Source: Girardia tigrina (lineage: Eukaryota). Taken from it: a stretch of DNA of 64,000 bases. Below the pieces are notes generated by a model. It saw only the letters and a program-made list of their open reading frames with translations, was not told the origin of the DNA and searched no databases. Of the stretch, positions 38,941 through 50,730 are shown piece by piece. The stretch covers positions 1 through 64,000 of the forward strand of contig MQRK01216646.1 of NCBI GenBank assembly GCA_001938485.1, given 5' to 3'. Made by a program: the position numbers and the translations under genes. The stretch's first letter is position 1; every line of letters starts with the position of its first letter.

Positions 38941-39157
38941 TATTTAGAACAGGGGTCTCCAAACTTTTTCAATGCGAGCCGGATAGAGCATTTGAAAATA
39001 GTCCTGCGTGTCACATATGTAAATTATGGTATTAAAAACGCATAATCAGTGAATACATAGATAAATGATAAGTTTATAAATAATATAAAAATATAAAATT
39101 ATGATTGTAATTACATTATAGTGAAAATTTTTGAAAATATATTCAAAACAATAACAT

Positions 39158-39596
39158 TATTAAGAACACCAATTTGATTTTTTATATTTTTATTTAAACA
39201 ACAATTTTGATTGTTCTCACGACAATCTTTGTCAAAACTTTCGTACATTTGCATTCCAAGCGAAAATGATTAATGGTTTAATTCTCATTACTTTTTTTAG
39301 AAATGGGGAAATAAATATTTAAATAAAATATTCACTCAAAACTTATTGGATAATAATTAAAATGATAATTAATTATTTAAAAAATATTAATTTGATTTAT
39401 TTATTAAATATTATAAAAATTAATTAACTTATTTAAAATTTTAAAATTATATGAAATTAAAAATAAATTTAAACATTACATATTTTTAGATAATAAGAAT
39501 TCAAATATTACTCATCCATCTGGGTAGGAGAGACACATTTCCAAATCAACATACACATTCAAACACAAAACATCAAACATTCAAATATTCCTCACA
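39158..39596 (-). mobile_element. Solo LTR family copy 5
   Basis: TATTAAGA...TCCTCACA with a perfect 5-bp TSD AACAT/AACAT. Confidence 0.85.
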
Positions 39597-40441
39597 AACA
39601 TTAAATTATATTTAATAATTATTTAAAAAAATTGACAATTAGCGGAAGGTTCAACTAGTGAGAATGGTGTAACTATTGTTGATTTTGTAAAATATCTGAG
39701 TAATCCATTTGAATCTTCGAAGCACTAGTCATAAGTAAAGATTTTAAATGTGAGTCTGACAAAGAAGTTCTGTATTTTGATTAGATATACTTCCTTTTAG
39801 AAAAAAATAGTTCGCAAAGATAAGTTGTGCCAAACATGGAAATAAACTGGCAAACAAATTTTTGGAAAATGGTCCAAATCCCATTTTTTATAAAAATCAA
39901 TCAAGTTTTCTTTCTTATATTTATTTTTAATACGTTCATCTACCTGCAGTTCAATTACTTCTATTTGAAAATGGGTTGGAATATTTTCAATATCACAATC
40001 GAACGGATTTTGAAAAAAACATTATTTCAGTTCAGCAAAACGTTTCAAAATTTGTGGTTTCAGGTCTTCGATAACTATATTTGCGAAAGGCAAAGGAAAT
40101 ATCCATTGACACATTTAATACAATTCTGCACAGCATTACACATGTGTTAAATTATATTTGTTTATTTGGTTTTCGAGCAGTAGCGACTTTGCTCTGATTG
40201 CCGTTATATGTATGTAAAAATCGCAAATTAAATTATTTTTACCTTGTAATTTTAAATTTAAATTGTTCATATCATTTACGAAATCTGCAAAAATTGCCAA
40301 CTTCCAGAGCCATTCACGATTTGAAAAAAGTGGTTAAAAGTGATCTTTTCCGGTAAGGAAAAAAATTAATCTCATGTCTGAGTTAAAGAAACGAAAAAGA
40401 ACTTTTCCACAACTAAACCAACGGCCAGTGGTGTAGTATAT

Positions 40442-40445
<4 letters not shown>

Positions 40446-40490
<45 letters not shown>

Positions 40491-40567
40491 NNNNNNNNNN
40501 NNNNNNNNNNNNNNNNNNNNNNNNNNNNNNNNNNNNNNNNTATATATATATATATATATATATATAT
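40446..40567. repeat. (TA)n microsatellite (others near 20460, 22641, 25682, 28010, 42968, 47866, 48928, 52852, 59407)
   Basis: Directly visible. Several tracts coincide with N-gaps. Confidence 0.95.
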
Positions 40568-41189
40568 TCAGAATTACATTCTTCAAAGAAAGTTCGAAAT
40601 TGGCGATTATTAAGTGCATGAGCACGAATAAAGTTTGCCATTGAAATGACGGGCTTCAATACACAGCTCATATCAAGATATTTTGCACAAAGTAATTTGT
40701 GGTCGATCATATAGTGAAAAAACATTTTCCAATTTCTTCACACGCTGTTGAAATTTTTCCAACTAATCCTTTTTTATACCAGCCATCTTTCTTCCGCCAT
40801 CAATTGTAACGCATTATAATCGACTTCAATCTAACTTATAATCATTTAATGTTTTTTGATCCGGTTGTTTAGAATTTAAATTTAAATTTCTTTGTATAAT
40901 TATTTTGAACTATTATTATTTATATTTTAATCCCTCCTCTGTCAAATCTACATTTATCATTCCGAATGACAATCTCTGAATTTCTTTATTTGTCTTCGTT
41001 TTGTATATATTGACATGTATTTAGAAAAAATATTAAATAAATTAAAAATAAATTTTTCATTTAAAATAAAAGAAAATAATAATTATTATTTAAATTATTT
41101 TTATTACGTCTTTGTTCGGGTTATTATTATTGTTGCCAATTATTTGTTCAATTAATGACTAATCGAATCAATTCAATTAAATCGAATTA

Positions 41190-41357
41190 AGTCGCCCCGT
41201 TTGTGAGCATTGATATGTTGCGAGAGTTGGTGTTGCGAATTGGTGAGAGAGATTCGAATAACTGATTGAAATGAATAGACCATAAATTAAGAATTAGAAC
41301 GAGATATACTAAAATACTGAAAATGCAGAGGCATATCTTGCAATTTAAATTATAACA
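41190..41357 (-). mobile_element. Possible short LTR plus PBS-like remnant
   Basis: Minus strand TGTTATAA...GCTCACA (41202-41357) followed by AACGGGGCGAC. No internal sequence follows. Confidence 0.35.
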
Positions 41358-43055
41358 TTTAATAAGAAACACTTAGATGACTTTTTTATTATTAAATTTT
41401 GGTTAAAACAGATCATAAAAGAATTAGAAATTATACATAAAACCAAGTTTTATGATAGACTACTTACTAAATAAATAATCTATCATAAGAAAGTCATTTC
41501 AAACATGTTTAATGTTTGTGAAGAATATTCATTTTAAAAATTTAAAATCCCTATTCTTCAATAAAAAGCATTCATTTATTTTTTATCCCTATTAATTATC
41601 GGAAATTTTAACTTTGTTTTGGAATTTCAGCTTCGACTCTTCAGTATATAATAAATTGTTTATTACCCATAATACTTTTGTCACAAAAAACATAAAGAGA
41701 ATCATAAAATTCTCAAAAATATTGTTATTTCTAAATCTCAAATTAAAAAATTATTATTTACAATGTCGGCAAAACATCTTTTCTTTAATGTTTTTCCTAT
41801 TTTAATTACTGAGTTAAGTTTCTTTAATTATCAAATGTAAGGGTTAGAATTATAATGTCATACGGGAAATTATTCATAATGGTTAAATATATAATATAAT
41901 TAAAGACTTTAGACTATATTAAATTATTGTTATCCATAATTAATTTGATAGTTTAATTGTCATCTTCAGATCACTTATGTTTCTCATAAAATGATTTAAC
42001 ATATAATTTCAGATTATGTTAATCATTCATAACAAAACCAATAAAAACCACTTAATACAGTAGTTTAAAGCGTTTTCCATTTGTAAATTATTTATTTATC
42101 AAATTATTTACACTTCTTTTACATATATTTGGGCCACAGCAAGAAATGTAAATGTACATTTTTATTTTTTGTACCGGTGTATGTTTAACTCTTGTGTATG
42201 TTTTATCATTTTTAAAATATTTTTTATGAATGAAAAGTTTTTTTTATTTTTTTAACGAAGAAAAAAGTTTAATTTAATTTTAAAGAAAAAAGAAATAAAA
42301 CAAAAAAGGAAGAAAACAAAGAAATGAATGAAGAAAGAAAATTATTTTCCCCCTTCCGAATTAAATAATTATCAAAATTATAATAATAATTATAAATTGA
42401 TTGAAAAGAAAAAAAATCAATAAAATTATTAGAAATACCAAATAATAATAAAGAGATATTGAATACAAAGAATAATCTAATCAAAATTAAATGATTGATT
42501 GTCGTCGCCATCAAAGTAAATATATCCACCTCGTTGAAATTTGTTTTTTTATAAGTTACGTTATTACTTTGTAATTCAATTAAAACTCTAATTGTAATAG
42601 CTACACTTAATAAATAGTTATTACAATCACTAACTCATTCAGTTTATTCATAGAATAATAATAGAGAAAGGAAAGTATTTTTTGAAGTGAATTATATACA
42701 GGATAGTTTCCTTTTTCTATTATTACAAGAATGTCAGATATTTAATAATTTAACTTTTCCATTAATTTAGTCTTTACAATTATCTAATTTAAAAAAGCTG
42801 TTTCATTAAAATTTCAATTAAAGTTCAGAAACCTTTGATATCTTCGTACCGGTTGGTGTTCTTGAGTTCTCACCGGTCCTCAAATAGTTCCTGTAAATAG
42901 TATGTTTTATCGGAAGTGTTTTAGAATGATTACCTACACTACTCACTATTTAACATATAAATATTATATATATATATATATATATATNNNNNNNNNNNNN
43001 NNNNNNNNNNNNNNNNNNNNNNNNNNNNNNNNNNNNNNNNNNNNNNNNNNNNNNN

Positions 43056-43086
<31 letters not shown>

Positions 43087-43087
43087 T

Positions 43088-43430
43088 TTACAGTTCCCAT
43101 TGTTGAGTTCGATCGACACATGCATTTAAAATTAGTTTGATACGATTTTTGATATATTTCTTTGTCTTTTTGATACAAAAATGACATAAATCTATATATA
43201 TTTTCCTGATGAAATCTGTTTTAATTTGCTTTGGAACCAATGGCAACACACGATTTCCTTCTTGCCTATCCCATAACCCATTCCAATAGATCTGAATTTC
43301 TTTTAACTGGTTCAACTCTGAGCACTTTTCTTGTTCGTCTTTTGTCCATTGAATTGTAGACTGAATCGCCACTGTATTTATATACTTCATCTTTGATTTT
43401 GTTGATTTTAGTTCTTCATGTTTTGTTTCA
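43088..43430 (-). mobile_element. Gypsy integrase Zn-finger region fragment
   Basis: VLPLVPKQIKTDFIRKIYIDLCHFCIKKT..ILNACVDR (decayed H2C2 region). Confidence 0.65.
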
Positions 43431-43431
43431 C

Positions 43432-45400
43432 ATAGTGCAAGTGGAGGAGCCTTAGGCGCTGTTCTGGGTCAAGAGGATGACGAAGGTAGATATTATGTTG
43501 TGGCATATGCCAGCAGAGTTTTAAAAGGAACAGAAACTCGTTATTCAACTATAGAAAGAGAATGTTTGACAATTGCGTTTGGTGTAACACATTTTAGACA
43601 ATATTTATATGGTGCGGAAATCATTTTGAAAACAGATCACAAACCTCTCGAGAGTTTAAGGAAGAATAAAAACGCATCAAGTCGATTAATTGGATGGGCA
43701 ATGAGATTACAAGATTGCGATATTAAAATAAAATATAGAACGGGAAAGGCAAATGGAAATGCTGATGCATTGTCTAGAATCCCGATCGCTCTAATAGAAA
43801 ATGAGACTATAAAGCGTAAAGATGAAGTAAGCCAAATGATTGAAATAGCTGCTGTAAACGTAAACATAAACACGAATTTGCAAAACTGGCAAGAAAACGA
43901 TGTCAAACTTAAAAGGTTAAAAGAAAAATTAATGGAACAACAAATAAAACAATATAAAGTTGAGAATAATATATTAAAATATCTGGATGGAGATGAAGAA
44001 TTAATTGTTGTACCTGATTCACAAAAAGAAAATATAATGATGTAGTATCATGATGGAGCCTTAGGAGGACATCTTTCGTTGCGTAAAACGTTTAACAGAA
44101 TCAGAGAAAAATATTATTGGGAAGGTGTGAAAGCCGACATTGAGTCATGGATCCAATCATGTGCAATTTGCGCAACTCGGAAAAATACGGGCAACCGAAG
44201 GAAGGTTCCCTTAAAACCGATTCCAGTACCAGCAACTCAATTTGAATTATGCGCAATGGATATCTTTGGACCATTGCCAGAAACAGTAAATAGTTACAAA
44301 TATATTCTAGTTTTCGTGGACCATTTCTCAAAATTCACTGAAGCTTTTGCAATGCCAGATCAAAAAGTTGAAACACTTGCACCAATATTCGTCGAACGTA
44401 TCATATTTAAATACGGACCACCCAAAAAGATTTTGACTGTTAGAGGTTAAAACTTGATGAGTGGTATCATGAACCAAATAAATCATGTCTTTGAGATATT
44501 AAAGCTCAATACTACAGGCTACCACCCGGAAAAAAGGGTTGGTTGAACGTATGACGGTACATTTTTAAATAGAATGGCATGTTTAACAAGCCGAAAACAA
44601 TGCGATTAGGATATTTTTATTTCATATGTGTTATTCGTGATAAATAATACCAAAACGGAAGCAACAGGTTATAAACCAAGTTATCTCTTATATTTACGAG
44701 ATATTATAATGCCTGTCGACTTGGATTTTAGTTAATGGAAGTCCCAGACTTTGTTACCTTAATGTTAGAAAAACTTAACATTGTGTATAAACAAGTCTTT
44801 TTGCGGATAAAGTATAACCAAGAAAAATATAAAGAACAATGCGATAAAAAGACAAAACTACATTCCTTTAAGGTAGGGGACCGAATGAGAATATTCGCCC
44901 CCGAACCAAGGAAATGACTAACTCCGAAATTAGCAAGACCATATAAAGGTCCATACGAGGTCATCAAAGTGGCACCCACAAATTTATTTATAATACAAAA
45001 TAAGAACGCTGATTCTATAGTAGTACATGTTAACAAATGTAAAAAAGCTGAAAATGAGCTTATTAAGAGATATAATCTCAGATCACAAACTCAACCGGAT
45101 GAAATAGCAGTGGTGGAAATCGACCCACTACTACCAAGGAATAGAAATACAGAATCTATCGATTATGGAGACATCATAACAATTAATCCTCAAGTACCAC
45201 GTGTAAAATCGATTCAAATAAAATCAGTAAAAGTTAACCATGATAATGGATCGCCATAATCTCATAATGAGATTAGTGAAAATGCAACTATTTTATTGTT
45301 AAAAGAAGATATTGGATTGCATTTTGCGAAAGGACATATTTATAATGACCAATTTTTCAAATGTGCGGTAATGAAATACCCACACCTTTAACTGTGAAAG
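43432..45400 (+). mobile_element. Ty3/Gypsy pol fragment: RNase H plus integrase
   Basis: ALGAVLGQ..AYASRVL..YSTIERECL..TDHKPL..NADALSR, then HD..GGHL..CAIC, MDIFGPLP and PYKGPYEV. Stops and frameshifts present. Confidence 0.95.
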
Positions 45401-45469
45401 ATCCAATATGAAATGTTACACCACTAAAGATTGTAATAACTCGACATAAGTTTCATAAAGCTGCAAAGT

Positions 45470-45762
45470 TATAATTTTTTAATTTTTGAAATATTAATTA
45501 TTTTGGATAGTTCACCTTTAAACTTAAGGATTTTAACTTATTGTTAGTGATAATCAGTTAAAAAACTTAAATGAAATTAAGATCATAATTCAATTTTTCA
45601 ATGGGAGGATTTTTTTAATTTGAAAAATATTAATTATTTTGGATAGTTCACATTTAAAATTTTTAAACATTTTAACTTATTCTTATATAATTAAGATCAT
45701 CATTCGAAATTTTCAGGGGGGATTTATCCCCCTATAACGCCCCCCCCCTGCGTACACGCTTG
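45470..45762. repeat. About 140-bp tandem duplication ending in an hAT-like GC-rich terminus
   Basis: AATATTAATTATTTTGGATAGTTCAC..TTTTAACTTATT..ATTAAGATCAT occurs twice. The region ends CCCCCCCCCTGCGTACACGCTTG. Confidence 0.55.
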
Positions 45763-46224
45763 TATATATATATTTTAATAATTTAGTACATGAGACTGAT
45801 AACATATAGTTTTATATAAGTTTTTTAAAGTTTTTTTTTATTTTTTTCTAATATTTTTAATAGTTTTTAATAATTGCAATTTAACTTAAACCGAATTATT
45901 TTCCATAAAAATGTTCATGAATTTTAAAATAAAAATACAGTTTCAGTTTTAATTTAGTAAATAAATTCAAATATAAATTTCACGAAATAATTTTAGTCGT
46001 TTAATTTAAATAATTAAATTTCAACATTTTAATTAATATTATCGTCAATTAATGAAAAATTTATATTAATTTAAAATAGTCGAAAATGTTTTGTTCACTC
46101 ATAAATTTTTTCACTTCTTAAAAATATATTTATGTAATCTTTACAAATTTAATGTATTCTTAATATTGTAAATTTAATATTAAGATGAAGATCATTCAAG
46201 AATGTTAGTTTTGTGAATCATTGC

Positions 46225-46355
46225 TAATAACATTCATGAATGGGCTTCATCATAAAATTAAACTTACCACATAATTGGAAGTATATAATAAAATTCCCTT
46301 TCTTGACATTCTTTTCACTAAGATAAATAGAGGCTATAAAACTGAATTATTCAGA
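46225..46355 (+). mobile_element. Penelope-like RT fragment
   Basis: FMNGLHHKIKLT..NKIPFLDIL..YKTELFR. Confidence 0.65.
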
Positions 46356-46800
46356 TAGGCAACAGATACCCGTCTTTACACAACAGGAGCGGTCGACCAA
46401 ACATCTCATCATCTGAAGAAAATGCAAAAGCAATCAAGCAAATCATTGACTTTGATCGACGTGTTAATATTAATGAGATTTCAGTCCTTATCAACGTGCA
46501 TCCAAGTTCTGTAAACCGCATCATGACCATAGAGGTCAAAATGAAGAAACTTTCCGCAGGATGGGTGCCGCAACTTTTTACAAGCACCATGAAGCACAAT
46601 CGCCAGACAGTATGCCAAAAACTGTTGCAAATGGTGGCAAATCTAGATAATGAATTTTGGGCGATGGTGCCGCCAGGAAGAAAGTCCCAGGTTAAAGCAA
46701 ACCTTGTACTTAAACCGACAAGATCACGGTCACAGTAGTTTTGGATTGAGGCATGATTATTTTAAATGATTATCTCGCGAAAGGAGCCATAACCACCACG
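46356..46800 (+). mobile_element. mariner internal fragment
   Basis: RSGRP..IIDFDRRV..MKKLSAGWVPQLFT. Confidence 0.8.
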
Positions 46801-47646
46801 TTTACAAATCAAGCAACACAGATTACCTTTATTGGTAAAGCCCATAGACATAATCTTTAAATATAAAATCTACAATAACCTATATTTTATATTAAAAAAT
46901 GTTAAAGGCATTCAAATCTTAAATATTTATATGTTAAATAACGCATGTGTATGCGTTTAGTTTCTTATAAAGTAAATCAAAAATAATAACTATAAAATAT
47001 TTTAGTCGAGTTTTTGCCGTTGTCGTTATCCGAAATTTCACTATTCATATTTCACACAAAAAGTTATTAATATAACAAACATAAATTTTCAAACAAATTT
47101 TCGTTAATTAAATTTTTCATTTCATTAATTCCTTAATTATATTATAATCCTAAATTTTATCCTAACTTTAATTTTATCAATTTAATTTATGATATTCTAT
47201 AATATTTTTAGAAATTTTTATTTATTCAAACTTGTTAATATTAAAATTTATTAATAAAATTTATTTTAATTATAAATGAAATTAATAAATTTAATTTTTT
47301 CTAAACTCTTATTTATTTCATATAATTTTGTTAAAATATTTAACTTAATTTTAAGTTCTTTCAGAATGATTTCGTTCTACATTAAAAATTTTCTAAATTA
47401 AAAAAAACATTCACTAATTATTTTCCTAATAAATTTTATCAATTTTACTTATCGTAAACTTTTTATATCTTAAACTGATAATGTTAATTTAAATGTCCAT
47501 GGCTATCTGACGGCCATCACTCTCTCGCAACTTGTGGACCATCACCGCTCTCCGACATCGTCGAACGGCTGCCAATCACAATTTATGATCCTAAAGAGGA
47601 CCGTTGCGCGTTCTTTGTGACCTTTAATAAATCGTGGCCCGACAAT

Positions 47647-47784
47647 CTTTTCGAAGATCAAAGCGGAGGTTCTCTTGACACCACCTTTTCTCGCTATTCG
47701 TCTTATGACCGGCTTGGTGATGCCCTGGATGTTGTCTCCCAACATTTTCCGGTGTCTTTTTGCTACTTTTGATCATCCCGACAT
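47647..47784 (-). pseudogene. H4: Truncated, divergent histone H4 (N-terminal 46 codons)
   Basis: [45 protein letters not shown] versus canonical ..[40 protein letters not shown]. Stop at codon 4 and the C-terminal half is absent. Confidence 0.9.
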
Positions 47785-47862
47785 TATTTATTTATTCAAA
47801 TTATTAAAAATATATAAAGCTCAAAAAAACGAAACTTTATTCCAAAATTTTTCAAAAAATTT

Positions 47863-47906
<44 letters not shown>

Positions 47907-47940
47907 TGTAACATTAATTTACCTTTTTACTTTTTAAATA

Positions 47941-49109
47941 CAGTCGACTACGGATAACTCGATAATCCGGTTTACTTGATATGTTGTGGTTGTCCCTGCT
48001 GAACTTTTATTTCTGAAATACCCTGTATACACGATGGATTCACAGATTGTATCGAGTAAAGCGGTTTATCGAGTTATTCAATATCAAGTTATACGTTGTT
48101 ACTGCCATGTAAATGTATGCACTCTCAGCCTGGACAACCACAACATATCGAGTAAATACTATATAAATACAATACAATAATTAATTTACTTTTAATTTAA
48201 AATATCCCGGCTCCTAACATTGACAGTAATGGCATCAAAATTATCTTTAAAAGATCGTGCAGCAGCAAAACCATTGCAGAAAAGCAAGATATTGTTCAAT
48301 TCGTCATCTCCTATCCTTCCTGGAAACAAAAGGATATGTGTTCTAAATTCGGATTAAAGCAGTCTACATTGTCAACTTACCTGAGTAATAAAGAAAAAAT
48401 CATCGAAGAGTATCAGTACATGGATATGACACTTAAGAAGAAGAGAAGTCGTCCTTCGAACTACGATTACTCCTATTACTGATTGGGTAATGGGAGTAAT
48501 ATTGCTGGACATATGAAAGTTTGTAGATCGGAAGTTAAAACAACTAATTTTAAAATAGTGTGCATTAATTTTAAAAAAATATTCGGAGAGAGATACTTGT
48601 GAGGCATTATTGATTAAATCACCTAATCCTTCCATTAATGTCCAAAATAGTCTCTCTTCAACTTTGTTGAAAATATTTAATTATTTATAACACCAGATGT
48701 TTGCATAATCATGAATTTGCGACAAGACAGCAAAATTGTTGTTCATTCAGCCTTAATATGGTGGAAAATTCACCGAAATATATTGCATTAAAATTTGATT
48801 GTTTTAATGACGTTCTTGATTTTAATATAAATTTGCCATTATTTTTTAAATTTCTTATTAAAAATTATTATTCGTTTATTATTGCTCTTTAACACTTATT
48901 ACTGTAAACATCAATTTCTGTAAATCTATATATATATATATATATATATATTCTAGAGTATATCATGCCTGTACAGAAGAATTACTGATTTTTCTCAACA
49001 TATGGATATCGGGAAAAGGAAAGATGTTGTTTGTTCGCTTATCTCGATATTCGCTGAACTCGATAAGTTTCAGAAGTCGCAAGCATATCGAGTTATCCGA
49101 TGTCGACTG
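47941..49109 (+). mobile_element. pogo/Tigger-like element, internally deleted
   Basis: TIRs CAGTCGAC..CGGATAACTCGATA with TA TSD and repeated TATCGAG subterminal motifs. CENP-B-type HTH KTIAEKQDIV..KFGLKQSTLSTYLSNKEKII at about 48250-48470. Confidence 0.88.
48485..48927 (+). mobile_element. Penelope-like 3' fragment nested in the pogo element
   Basis: GSNIAGHMKVC..NFKI..CEALLIKSPNPSINVQ..LLKIF, homologous to the 34378 ORF. Decayed hammerhead CTTAATA-T-GGTG..CACC-GAAA-TATATT at about 48748-48787, followed by (TA)n. Confidence 0.85.
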
Positions 49110-50099
49110 TATATTTTTAATACATTGAAATTGTAATACAGAATTCCAATTTCAATGTTTCTTTTTTTTTAAATCCAATTCTGAAACAGAAACTCTTTTT
49201 TGTTTTATATAATTATTTAATTTTTGTTAAAGTTTTAAATTAAAAATATTACAAATTATTAGGTGAAATGAAAAATTTAACAAATGTAAAATAATAATAA
49301 AAATAAATGTTATCTTTTAATATTAATTTAGATTAAGAATTCGATAAATAAACTGAATATCGTCGAAACAAAATCCGAACAATCAGTTATGTTCTTTTAA
49401 TGAAAAAATTAATTTATAATCTTCATTTAGAGGATCCATTTTATGGATTTTTAATTGTTTTATGGAAAAATTTATAAATTTAACTTTAAACTAATCTCCA
49501 AGGAAAATTATAAAATCTTTTCCCGAGAGAACTGAAAATCTTCAAATTGAATTTACAAACCATTTAATTCAAACAATAAAATAAGAATAATTTATTGTGC
49601 TGGATAATTCAGAAAAAGAAACAATTTAACAGTATAAGTCAATTCTAAATTTTATTTAAATTGATAAATTAATTTTCAAAATGTTATGAAAAAATATTTC
49701 ATAGTTTTAATTGTTTTACAAGGTTTAAGATAAAATCAAACTAAATGAGTAAAGATATTTTTTGAGTCACTGATTCAAGAAAATGAAACATTAATTATAA
49801 TATAAATGACAATAAAGATTCTAAATTAATTGTAGTTGTAAGAGTAAAATAAATAAAAATTAATTTCTATACGAATATCTATACATATAAATTGCATATA
49901 TTAAAATTATTACATAGATTATTTATGAAAAAATACGTTGTTTTACTTATGAAGCATTTTACTCGCGTACGTTTTGAAATGAAATCGAATAACAGAAGGC
50001 ACAAATCAATAGCTGTTCGTTATGTGACAATGAATGTTGATCATGCGGTTATGACTGCATCTTGTCGGAGTACAGATTATCACACATGTACATAAAAAT

Positions 50100-50730
50100 A
50101 TTTTTTCATGTGTTATCGTTGTTATTTCTGTGGTTTCTTGTCTGTCTGTCTGTTTGTCTTTCTGTCTGTCTCGAACAAATCTTGCGATTGATTTTTCGAC
50201 CACTTTCAGTCATCCAATTGAGCTGATTTTTTTATACAGGCTTGCTTCCGATGACAATACAATATTTTAAAACATTTACTTTACGGATGTANNNNNNNNN
50301 NNNNNNNNNNNNNNNNNNNNNNNNNNNNNNNNNNNNNNNNNNNNNNNNNNNNNNNNNNNNNNNNNNNNNNNNNNNNNNNNNNNNNNNNNNNNNNNNNNNN
50401 NNNNNNNNNNNNNNNNNNNNNNNNNNNNNNNNNNNNNNNNNNNNNNNNNNNNNNNNNNNNNNNNNNNNNNNNNNNNNNNNNNNNNNNNNNNNNNNNNNNN
50501 NNNNNNNNNNNNNNNNNNNNNNNNNNNNNNNNNNNNNNNNNNNNNNNNNNNNNNNNNNNNNNNNNNNNNNNNNNNNNNNNNNNNNNNNNNNNNNNNNNNN
50601 NNNNNNNNNNNNNNNNNNNNNNNNNNNNAAAAACGTGGGGCATAGAAATGATCGATTGTTACTAAAAAGCAGTAAAGAGGAAATAGCAGTTAATAATAGC
50701 AGTAATTCAGAAATCCGCCCCACGTTTTTG
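50100..50730. mobile_element. Helentron/DINE-like non-autonomous remnant(s)
   Basis: (TCTG)n microsatellite followed by CCAATTGAGCTGATTTTT, and a 13-bp inverted pair AAAAACGTGGGGC at 50629 and 50717. A gap hides the middle. Confidence 0.4.

Larger units (their letters stand above)
38950..40870 (-). mobile_element. hAT (SPIN/Buster, GTF2IRD2-like) transposon, 3' portion, containing solo LTR copy 5 and a (TA)n expansion
   Basis: TIR CAGGGGTCTCCAAAC at 38950 after target ATTTAGAA. Minus-strand FHYMIDHKLLCAK..NFIRAHALNNRQFRTF..WLWKLAIFAD..NLNLKLQG. Confidence 0.85.
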
